Shown piece after piece: positions 56,670-64,000 of a DNA stretch of 64,000 nt. The DNA comes from Armatimonadota bacterium (GTDB taxonomy: Bacteria; Armatimonadota; Fimbriimonadia; Fimbriimonadales; ATM1): contig JADFGT010000001.1 of assembly GCA_022567555.1 (NCBI GenBank), positions 5,131 to 69,130 of the forward strand, in the 5' to 3' direction. A program made the position numbers and the translations under genes. Numbering within the stretch: position 1 is the stretch's first letter; every line of letters begins with the position of its first letter. Under the pieces are notes generated by a model. That model had not been told where the DNA came from. It was given only the letters and a program-made list of their open reading frames with translations, and made no database searches.

Positions 56670-57685
56670 TCCAGTTTTCCGAGCGGCCGAAGCGTGAAGC
56701 GATACGGCACGGAGACGCGCGGCAGCCGAAACTTCGGCGACTTCTTCGAGCAGGCGGCCAGGAACTCGCCGCCCGGTCCGATTACCACAACGCCGCAATT
56801 CCCTTCCATCCACGTTAGGTCAACCACTTGCGGCCCCTCCTTCACAAACCTGTGCCGCATCTGGACCGTCCATCCCTGGTCCGGGTTGGCGATGTTGTAT
56901 GTTCGTGTGAGGTCATATTCGGCGACGTCCTCGGCGGCCATGCGTGCCGGGCGTTCGAGCAGGCCGACCCTCCTTCCAGGCTCTATCCAGGGCCTTCCGC
57001 GAATGCCGCGCAGGCTGCGCGAACCCAGCAGGAACTCATTTTCCAGCGCGGATTCGCGGGCGGTCGCGGCCAGGGCGTCCACCAGCAGTTCCTGCGCTGC
57101 TACAGACAGTTTCAGCGCTTCCTTTTGGTTGCTCATTCCTTTGAGCAACGCCTGTTCGCTTACGCGGGCCGCGGGCCTTCTCCGCGCCCGCGACTTCCAC
57201 TGCTCCAGGAGGTCGTCGGCCGCCGCTGCGGCCTTTTTGCCGAGTGCGTGCTTCAGTGCCCTCTTGTGGTTCTGCTGGGTCGTGATGGTGCGCAAGCGTT
57301 GATGCTTAGCAACGTTTTGCAGGGAAGCGCCGGACCAATAGTGCGAATAAAGCGTGTCCCGCAGCACCGGATCGTCAAGTCGCTCAACGGCAAACGCGAA
57401 CTTGGCCGGGTTCGGGTGCCCTTCCGCCGTTTCCTGGCGGCGGGCGCTGCCGTCGGCCTCCAGACATGCCGCCAAGGTGACGATCTGCGCGCGCTGCCGG
57501 TCAGACCTGGCACCTGCGACCGCCCGGGCGAAGGCGCTGCCTTTCTTGCTTAGGCGCGCCTCCACCTGTTTTGCCAAGCGTTTTCCGCTCGTGCCGTATG
57601 TTTCTGCGATGCGCCAGATGGGCCCGATATGCTGATCCACGATATCGGCGGGTTTTTGCGCACCTGCCTTCGTTTTGGTTGCCAT
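56666..57685 (-). CDS. Hypothetical protein with a sigma-70 region-4-like HTH
   Basis: 339 aa. The segment DPVLRDTLYSHYWSGASLQNVAKHQRLRTITTQQNHKRALKHAL resembles sigma-70 region 4 or a LuxR-type HTH. The C-terminal half is unrecognised. Its stop overlaps the purB start (TTGA). Confidence 0.6.
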   Translation of the reverse strand: MATKTKAGAQKPADIVDQHIGPIWRIAETYGTSGKRLAKQVEARLSKKGSAFARAVAGARSDRQRAQIVTLAACLEADGSARRQETAEGHPNPAKFAFAVERLDDPVLRDTLYSHYWSGASLQNVAKHQRLRTITTQQNHKRALKHALGKKAAAAADDLLEQWKSRARRRPAARVSEQALLKGMSNQKEALKLSVAAQELLVDALAATARESALENEFLLGSRSLRGIRGRPWIEPGRRVGLLERPARMAAEDVAEYDLTRTYNIANPDQGWTVQMRHRFVKEGPQVVDLTWMEGNCGVVVIGPGGEFLAACSKKSPKFRLPRVSVPYRFTLRPLGKLD

Positions 57686-57696
57686 GTTCTACTAAG

Positions 57697-59001
57697 TCAC
57701 TCTCCCTTTTGCTGTGTCTCTCCAAGTCTCGGGGCCGTGAGAGTCGCCTGCCTCCCTATGTCGGTTCGGTATCGCCAGGGCTCTTGGAACCGGCCTATGA
57801 TGGCTTCGTATGCGCCTCTTGCGGCGGTCGAAGCGTCCCGTGCAATTTTAGCAATATTCAGCACTCGACCGCCACTGTTGACCAGTTTACCGCCCCGCGT
57901 TGCGGTTCCGGCATGAAAGAGGATGACGTCGGGGCCCACGTCCAGGTCGGGCAGTTCCATGTTTGTTTCGTATGTGCTAGGGTATCCGTTCGCGGCGATG
58001 ACCACAACGACGCATGCCTCGGGGGAAACGGTTATCTGCGGCAAGGGCATGCCGAGGGCGGCTGCCAGCAGCAGTTCGCCCAGGTCGCTCTCAAGGAGCG
58101 GAAGTATCGCTTGGGTCTCGGGGTCGCCGAACCGCACGTTGTATTCCAGCGCCCGGGGGCCGTCTTCGCACACCATGAGCCCGGCGTACAGCGTTCCGAT
58201 GTAGGGTGTGCCCTGGGCTTCCATCACGCGTAGCACCGGAGCGATGAAGGTCTCGGCCAACTGTTCGACCTCGTCCTGGGGTATCCACGCGACCGGCGAA
58301 TAGGAGCCCATGCCGCCGGTATTGGGCCCTCGGCCGCCGTCATAGGCCGCCTTGTAGTCCTGCGCCGCCGGGAGCAGGCGGTACTCCTTCCCGTTGCAGA
58401 CCGCGAGTAGGCTCAGTTCCCGGCCAAACAATCGCTCCTCCACGATCACGGTGCGACCAGCTTCGCCGAACTCCTCCCTAACGAGCATGCGCTCGGCCGC
58501 CGCTATCGCCTCGGCCGCTGTGTCGCATACGATGGCGCCCTTGCCGAAAGCCTCGCCGCTCGCTTTCACGACGACCTGCCGGCCCGCCTCGTGCTCGCTC
58601 TCAACGTACTCCTTCGCCGCCGCAAAATCGGTGAGAGTTTCGAAGCGCGCTGTCGGTATGCCCGCTTCCGTCATCAGCCGCTTGGCGAACGCTTTGCTCG
58701 CTTCGATTTGCGCGGCCGCTGCGCTGGGTCCATAGGCTGAACAGCCCGATTCCGCGAGCCGGTCGGCCAGCCCCGCTATGAGCGGCCTCTCAGGGCCGAC
58801 GACGACCAGGTCCACGCTCTCCTCGCGGCAGATGCGCCCGATGGCGTCGAAATCTGTTGCGTCGGTGTCGTGAAGGTCCGCGACCTGGGCGATGCCCGGG
58901 TTTCCGGGCGCCGCAAGCACCCGCTCCACCGACGGTGACTGTGCCAGCTTCCAGGCCAGGGCATGCTCGCGGCCGCCGGAGCCGACCACGAGGACGTTCA
59001 C
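57697..59001 (-). CDS. purD: Phosphoribosylamine--glycine ligase
   Basis: MNVLVVGSGGREHALAWKL at the N-terminus. An ATP-grasp core is present (GPNTGGMGSYSP, NVRFGDPE). Confidence 0.95.
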   Translation of the reverse strand: MNVLVVGSGGREHALAWKLAQSPSVERVLAAPGNPGIAQVADLHDTDATDFDAIGRICREESVDLVVVGPERPLIAGLADRLAESGCSAYGPSAAAAQIEASKAFAKRLMTEAGIPTARFETLTDFAAAKEYVESEHEAGRQVVVKASGEAFGKGAIVCDTAAEAIAAAERMLVREEFGEAGRTVIVEERLFGRELSLLAVCNGKEYRLLPAAQDYKAAYDGGRGPNTGGMGSYSPVAWIPQDEVEQLAETFIAPVLRVMEAQGTPYIGTLYAGLMVCEDGPRALEYNVRFGDPETQAILPLLESDLGELLLAAALGMPLPQITVSPEACVVVVIAANGYPSTYETNMELPDLDVGPDVILFHAGTATRGGKLVNSGGRVLNIAKIARDASTAARGAYEAIIGRFQEPWRYRTDIGRQATLTAPRLGETQQKGE

Positions 59002-60473
59002 CGAAACTGCCCCTTCTTTCTGATCCGGTCGCCGAGGCCGTGCTTCAGTTCGTGATCCGCGTTGCTGAACAGGGTGTACGCGGGCTGGAAGGCCAGCGTG
59101 ATGAGTCCTATCGGCCCGTTTCTGTTCTTTCGGATGAACATGTCAATCGGAATCGCTCTCGTATGGTCGGGTTGTTCCGGCGCTCCGGATTCATCTTCGT
59201 CCACGTCCGCTGCGCCTCCCCGATAGAGCATCAGCACGACGTCCGCGTCCGCCTCGATAGAGCCGGACTCCCGAAGGTCGCTAAGCAGCGGTATCGGAGG
59301 GTCGCGCTGCTCGATACCTCTGGAAAGTTGGGAGAGCGCCATAACAGGAACGCTTAGTTCCTTCGCGAGGTTCTTGAGGCCTCGGGCGATCTCCGATATC
59401 TGCTGCGTCCTGCTCTCTGCGCTCCTGCTCGCCCTCATTAACTGGAGGTAGTCCACGATGACCAGGGAGAGGCCGTCCTCCGCAACCTTCTGGCGCCGGC
59501 ACTTAGCACGCATCTCGAACGTGCTCAGGTCAGACGTGTCGTCCACTAAGACTTTCAGTTTGTAAAGTTTGTCGCACGCGTCAATCAATTTCTGGTAATC
59601 GTCGTCTGACAGGCGGCCGGCCCTGAGTCGCTTGAGGACGTGCAGGTCCACCCGCCCTTCGAGGGACACAAGCCTTCGGACGATTTCCAGGCTTGACATC
59701 TCAAGGCTGAACAGCGCGACGGCGCCCTTGTCCTTCTTGGCTGCGTTCAGGGCCATGGCGAGGGCCAGCGACGTCTTGCCGATGCCGGGCCTGGAGGCAA
59801 CAACGATCAGGTTGCCCGGGTAGAAGCCGGTGAGCACCTCATCTATGTCGGCGAAGCCGCTCTCGAGGCCGAACATCGGTTCGCCGGTCTCGACCACCCG
59901 GTCTACGTCACGGAAGAACTCGTGCGTCAGCGTCTCAAGCGGCTCGAAGTCCTTGCCGAGGCGCCTCCTCACGACATTGAACAGGGTCTGCTCCGCACGG
60001 TCCACCTTCTGTTCGACGTCGGTCGCCGGATCATGTATCAGGTTCACGATCTCATGGCCGGCGGACTGCAGGCCGCGCAGGATCGCCAGGTCAATGACGA
60101 CCTCCGCATAATGTTCCGCGTTCGCCGGTGAGGGCACCGATTCCGCCAGTTGAATCAGATAGACCATGTCCCCGACCTTGGCCAGCGTGCCGCGCGCAGC
60201 CAGTTCCTCCTTGACCGTGAGCGTGTCCACGTTGCGCATGCTCTTGGTGACTGCGAGCATCGCCCTGAAGATTTCCTGGTGGAGAGTGTTGTAAAAATCG
60301 TTCGACGTGAGAGTCGTAATCAGCCGGTCTGCGGCTTCGCGGCTGAGCAGCATGCTCCCCAGTGCGGCCGCTTCCGCGTCATCACTGTGCGGAGGCAGGC
60401 GCTCCGAGATTACAGCGGCGGTTCGGGACGGCTGTGCGGTGACCGCGGCGGTTGGGGAGGGTGGGTTTTCCAT
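58998..60473 (-). CDS. dnaB: Replicative DNA helicase DnaB
   Basis: N-terminal PPHSDDAEAAALGSMLLS. Walker A ASRPGIGKTSLAL, Walker B VIVDYLQLM. The C-terminus overlaps purD by 4 nt. Confidence 0.95.
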   Translation of the reverse strand: MENPPSPTAAVTAQPSRTAAVISERLPPHSDDAEAAALGSMLLSREAADRLITTLTSNDFYNTLHQEIFRAMLAVTKSMRNVDTLTVKEELAARGTLAKVGDMVYLIQLAESVPSPANAEHYAEVVIDLAILRGLQSAGHEIVNLIHDPATDVEQKVDRAEQTLFNVVRRRLGKDFEPLETLTHEFFRDVDRVVETGEPMFGLESGFADIDEVLTGFYPGNLIVVASRPGIGKTSLALAMALNAAKKDKGAVALFSLEMSSLEIVRRLVSLEGRVDLHVLKRLRAGRLSDDDYQKLIDACDKLYKLKVLVDDTSDLSTFEMRAKCRRQKVAEDGLSLVIVDYLQLMRASRSAESRTQQISEIARGLKNLAKELSVPVMALSQLSRGIEQRDPPIPLLSDLRESGSIEADADVVLMLYRGGAADVDEDESGAPEQPDHTRAIPIDMFIRKNRNGPIGLITLAFQPAYTLFSNADHELKHGLGDRIRKKGQFR

Positions 60474-60480
60474 CCCCTAA

Positions 60481-61131
60481 TTATTCGCCGCCTTCGGTAC
60501 TCTCTTCCTCGGAGATTTTTTCTTTTTTCTCGCTATCTGAAGATTTCTCTTCGCCTTCCGCGGCCTGCTCTATCCCTCTGGCACCGACTTCCCGCGCCGC
60601 TTCCTTCTCCAGCTCGGCCTGTTCCATGGCATCGGTGTATTCCTCGGTAGCCTCCTGAGGAACGTCAAGACCTAAGTTGCCCTCTTCGTCAGCGATCTCC
60701 AAGCGGATCGTAACGTCTACGTCTCGATGCAGGTCCAATAGGATTTCAAAGACCCCCAGACGCTTAATCGGGTGCATGAGGGCGATCTTCCTGCGGTCGA
60801 TCTCGACATCCAGGGACTCCTTGATGATGTCCGCGATGTCGGCAGACGTGACGGCCCCGAAAAGTTTGGTCGCGCCGGGGGCGGTTTTGCCGATAATGCG
60901 GACAGTTCGGCCGTTCAATTTTTCCGCCAGTTTTTCCGCGCCGGAGAGCGTCTGCTCGGCCACAGCCGCCGACTTCACCTGCCGCCGTTCCAACTGCTTC
61001 AGTGCCGACTTGTCCGCCACGGTCGCAAGGCCGCGCGGGAACAGGAAGTTCCGCGCAAAGCCGCCGGCCACTTCGACCACCTGGCCCTCTTTGCCGACCT
61101 TGGGCAGCGTCTGATTCAAGACCACCTTCAT
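60481..61131 (-). CDS. rplI: 50S ribosomal protein L9 with a 66-aa acidic C-terminal extension
   Basis: MKVVLNQTLPKVGKEGQVVEVAGGFARNFLFPRGLA and the rest of the first ~150 aa look like a canonical ~149-aa L9. The extra tail ends ...EEESTEGGE. Confidence 0.9.
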   Translation of the reverse strand: MKVVLNQTLPKVGKEGQVVEVAGGFARNFLFPRGLATVADKSALKQLERRQVKSAAVAEQTLSGAEKLAEKLNGRTVRIIGKTAPGATKLFGAVTSADIADIIKESLDVEIDRRKIALMHPIKRLGVFEILLDLHRDVDVTIRLEIADEEGNLGLDVPQEATEEYTDAMEQAELEKEAAREVGARGIEQAAEGEEKSSDSEKKEKISEEESTEGGE

Positions 61132-61147
61132 GACAACGATCTCCTGC

Positions 61148-62551
61148 CTATCGCTTCACGCCGATCCCGACCATTCCCTCGTTGGCACCAAATAACCGGT
61201 TTACTCCGATCCATCCGTACCATTCGGTGCCCAGACCGAGACGCGCCCGCACGTCTAACCTGAGATCGTTTGGATTGAACAGGTCGGCGGAGATATTGAC
61301 CGCCGGCAGGAACTGCCAGTCTACCCCAATTCCGGGTTTGGAGGCATAGATGCCGTACCGAAGGACCGACGATCCGTAATGCTGCCCGTACTGCAGCGTC
61401 ATGAGGTTCGACTCGGTGATGTCGAACATACCGCCATAGAGCGCAGCGCCCTCTTTCACGGGGTAAGTGACAAGTACATCGGTCTGAAAAACGTTCTCGT
61501 CCAGGTTGCGGGCCGTCTCCAGACGGAACGTGGTCCTCGGCAGCCGGAGTTCCTTCGGCAGTTGCTCGACGAACTCGCTCAATCTTCTTAGCAGGGCCGT
61601 CGCCTCGTCCGCGATCTCGTTCGCGCGGTCAGCCAATTCGATCGCCTTGGCGGAAACGACCTTTCCGTCCGCTGTTATCTGCCGTGTATTCTCGGCGATC
61701 GCGACGCCCGTTCTTGATATGTCCTCCACGTTCATCATCGTCGTTTCAATCGCGGCGCGCAGGTCGGGGTCCGTGACGAGGTCGTTCAGGTTCGCGACCA
61801 ACTCCTCGGCGCGGGCCGCGGTTTCCTGCAGCGTGGCGAGCATCGTTCGGACGTTTTCGCCGACGCGAGGGTCGCCCACGATCTCGTTCACGGCTTGGAT
61901 GCCCCGGCGAAGGTCGGCTACGGCCAGGGCGGAGTTTTCGAGCGCGCTCCGCAGCGTGTCGCGGTTTTCTGCAATCAGGCCGCGCGCTTCCTTCATCAAG
62001 GCGCCCGTTTCCGCAATGGTCGCTTCGGTCGTATCCAGAACCGAGGACAGCCGCTCCCGCATCCCCGCATCGCTGAAGAACTCCCGCGCCGCGGCCAGCG
62101 TGGCGTTCAGTTCTCGAATCGTCTCCTCGCCCTCCGGGAGATAAGACTCGAGGACAGTTGCAACAACGCTCCTCGTTATGGTGCCGCCGGGTTCGAGGCG
62201 GCCGGCGTCGCGTCCTTTCTCCGAGTGGATCTCGACCCGCGACTCTCCCAGGGCGAAAAGGCTCCTCGGGATTACCAGCACCGCGTCCTTAGGAACGAAC
62301 GTGCCCGGGCGGAGGTGAAGGGTCATCCTCGCTCGATTCGCGCTTTCGAGCCGGACACTCGCCACGGTGCCGATCTCCACGCCCGCGATGGTCACCACGG
62401 CGCCGGGCCCGACGCCCCCGGCATCGTCCAGTTCCACGTAGTAGACGTCGGCCTCCTTCGGGAACAGGGCGCTGCCGACAAGCGAGTAAGCAAAGATGAG
62501 CAGCACGCCGAAAGCGACGACGAACAGTCCTACCTTCCAAGCCGATTGCAT
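61148..62551 (-). CDS. MCE/MlaD-domain protein with a long helical region and a beta-rich C-terminus
   Basis: N-terminal TM segment VGLFVVAFGVLLIFAYSLV. MlaD core YYVELDDAGGVGPGAVVTIAGVEIGTVASVRL. About 200 aa of helical repeats follow. The C-terminus has an alternating aromatic pattern (YGIYASKPGIGVDWQF...WYGWIGVNRLF). Confidence 0.8.
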   Translation of the reverse strand: MQSAWKVGLFVVAFGVLLIFAYSLVGSALFPKEADVYYVELDDAGGVGPGAVVTIAGVEIGTVASVRLESANRARMTLHLRPGTFVPKDAVLVIPRSLFALGESRVEIHSEKGRDAGRLEPGGTITRSVVATVLESYLPEGEETIRELNATLAAAREFFSDAGMRERLSSVLDTTEATIAETGALMKEARGLIAENRDTLRSALENSALAVADLRRGIQAVNEIVGDPRVGENVRTMLATLQETAARAEELVANLNDLVTDPDLRAAIETTMMNVEDISRTGVAIAENTRQITADGKVVSAKAIELADRANEIADEATALLRRLSEFVEQLPKELRLPRTTFRLETARNLDENVFQTDVLVTYPVKEGAALYGGMFDITESNLMTLQYGQHYGSSVLRYGIYASKPGIGVDWQFLPAVNISADLFNPNDLRLDVRARLGLGTEWYGWIGVNRLFGANEGMVGIGVKR

Positions 62552-62674
62552 GATCCCCTCCTAATCCTATAGGACAGTCTACAGCCTCCGCGTGTCTCAG
62601 AGACGTGCTTTGGCCGCCCGGCGAGCAGCCCAACCCGGCGGGTGCCCGGGATGAGTGAAGTCAAGACCGTGTGC

Positions 62675-62825
62675 CGTGGACATGTTGGCGACTCTCCGTC
62701 GCGTGGGAACTCGCCTCTCGCAAGCCGACTTGTCCACGAACGGCCCATGAGTGACCGTGGCTCGGCATCAGAAGGACGGAGCAGAACCGCGGTGGAGCCT
62801 CGCACCGTCCTTGTCCATGGGCCGT
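62675..62825. other. Nested perfect stems in a 570-bp non-coding gap (candidate structured RNA or leader)
   Basis: Stem A: CGTGGACA (62675-62682) / TGTCCACG (62731-62738). Stem B: ACGGCCCATG (62740-62749) / CATGGGCCGT (62816-62825). Stem C lies inside B: AAGGACGG (62772-62779) / CCGTCCTT (62805-62812). Confidence 0.35.
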
Positions 62826-63120
62826 GACCTCTTGAAGCACTGCGCAGCGATACGGGCCTCACGCGGACAAGGTTGCAGCGATGGGCAGATTCGGCCCGAG
62901 CCTTCATGCCACCATGTCCACGCCACCCGATTCACCCCTCGCTCTGCGCACCCGCGCGCCCCTCCCCGGCCCTCCCCCATTCGCGGGAGCGAATCGGAGA
63001 AGGGGGTCCGGAGCGATAGGCGATAGACGATAGACGAGTGCTGGGGCTGCTTTCCCAAGGGCCTCAAGGGCTGTCAGGCCACTTTCGGCAGGAAACCGCT
63101 GTCAAACATAGAAGCCAACA

Positions 63121-64000
63121 ATGATGCGAACCCACACTCTTCAGCGGACTCTTCTTCTCTTCGCTCTTCTGGCAGCCGCGGTCTGCTCGTCGTCGCAGCC
63201 TGTGCTGAAACCGGGTGACGTTGTCGTCTTGACCTGCGTGGAAGAACCGGCGCTCGATGGGGAGTACATGATCACGTCGGGCGGCCTGATTCTCCTCCAG
63301 TTCGTCGGCGCCGTCGAGGTGAAGGGGATGACCGAAGAGAGGGCGGCGGGGAAGATCTCGACCACGCTCGTCTCCCAGCAGATCCTTCGGACCGCGACCA
63401 TCACCCTCACATTGAAAGGCCGCGACCAACTGCCGGTCACGTACGGCGGTGCGGTGTTGAACGCCGGAGAACTCCCTTACCGAGAGGGCCTCACCCTCGC
63501 CGATGTCATCGCGCTCGCCGGGCCCACGTTGGTCGCCGACCTCGCCGCCGTCCGCATCACGCACGCGGACGGCAGCACCGACATCGTGGACTTCACGCAG
63601 TATGAGGACGGAGATCCTGCCGAGTCGCCTAAGTTGCAGGCCGGTGACCGGGTGTTCATTCCTCTAAAGGTGGCGGGATTGGACGTGGCGGTTCTGGGCG
63701 CGGTCGTCAGGCCGGGGATCATCCTTTTTACCGAGGGCCTCGTTCTGACTCAGGCCATCGAGCGGGCCGGGGGCCTAAGGTCCGACGCCGACCCGAAGAG
63801 GGTCGCCGTGCAGTTCGCGGCGGGCAGTTCAACCACAGTGAACCTTAGCGAGGCGGGCGCCGACGTCCCGCTTTCGCCGGGCGATAAGGTCACCGTCCCA
63901 GTCCGGCCGGCCACCGAGTACGTTTATGTGCGAGGGGCGGTCCAGCGGCCCGGACTCGTGCCTCACAGCGACGACCTGACGCTGCTGAAGGCGGTACAGG
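63121..64000 (+). CDS. Polysaccharide export protein (Wza-like, SLBB domains), 3'-truncated by the window end
   Basis: It is not in the ORF track because no stop is reached. I translated it by hand and found it stop-free from 63121 to 64000. It has a signal or possible lipoprotein leader MMRTHTLQRTLLLFALLAAAVCSS. It also has PGDVVV...GEY...GGLILLQFVGAVEVKGMT and repeated soluble-ligand-binding beta-grasp-like units (GAVxxPG...TLxxAIxxAGG). Confidence 0.75.
   Translation, partial: MMRTHTLQRTLLLFALLAAAVCSSSQPVLKPGDVVVLTCVEEPALDGEYMITSGGLILLQFVGAVEVKGMTEERAAGKISTTLVSQQILRTATITLTLKGRDQLPVTYGGAVLNAGELPYREGLTLADVIALAGPTLVADLAAVRITHADGSTDIVDFTQYEDGDPAESPKLQAGDRVFIPLKVAGLDVAVLGAVVRPGIILFTEGLVLTQAIERAGGLRSDADPKRVAVQFAAGSSTTVNLSEAGADVPLSPGDKVTVPVRPATEYVYVRGAVQRPGLVPHSDDLTLLKAVQ

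Noticed and set aside
62552-63120. RNase P RNA, tmRNA, 6S RNA, and cobalamin or c-di-GMP riboswitch
   Set aside because: None of the diagnostic conserved boxes could be found on either strand. These include GGAAAGTCCGG for RNase P, the tRNA-like TTCGAATCC...CCA end for tmRNA, the B12 box and the GEMM consensus. The region is therefore left as an unclassified structured region.

Overview
This is a 64-kb stretch of a GC-rich bacterial chromosome, judged to be roughly 60-65% GC by eye. Most of it is densely packed housekeeping genes, interrupted by several accessory or repeat-rich pockets.

The backbone runs as follows:
- An ABC-2 exporter operon (356-3465).
- The conserved SRP-RNA/dnaX/ybaB/recR block (3497-6155).
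- A complete division and cell-wall (dcw) cluster at 31136-48674: mraZ-rsmH-ftsL-ftsI-murE-murF-mraY-murD-ftsW-murG-murC::ddl-ftsQ-DUF881-sbp-ftsA-ftsZ.
- A minus-strand block at 55297-62551: MCE protein, rplI, dnaB, purD, an unknown gene, purB and tRNA-Arg(CCT).

Scattered metabolic and envelope genes include an RCK K+ channel, an arginase-family ureohydrolase, a Zn-ADH, a cytochrome b/c fusion, a hydantoinase-A-like gene, pepF, a Gfo/Idh/MocA oxidoreductase, a GT39 glycosyltransferase, a PEP-CTERM protein and a partial Wza-like exporter.

Accessory or unusual content:
- A solitary OLD-family ATPase-Toprim nuclease sits in a lower-GC pocket after recR.
- Two strictly phased non-coding tandem arrays (42 bp x about 8, and 21 bp x 11). 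Each lies upstream of a copy or remnant of the same FN3-tailed gene family.
- REP-like palindromic elements, some inserted in-frame inside the hydantoinase gene.
- A 1032-bp tandem duplication of TolB-like beta-propeller genes.
- An orphan Pup-ligase/deamidase (PafA/Dop) homologue.
- A ribosomal protein L9 with a 66-aa acidic tail ending in GGE.
- A DinB-like pseudogene with an in-frame TGA.

I recognised no rRNA, CRISPR array, transposase or integrase.

The lineage guess is inference only. DUF881 plus sbp inside the dcw cluster, together with PEP-CTERM and MCE proteins, suggests a diderm Terrabacteria-type lineage such as Armatimonadota-like. No search could be run to test this.
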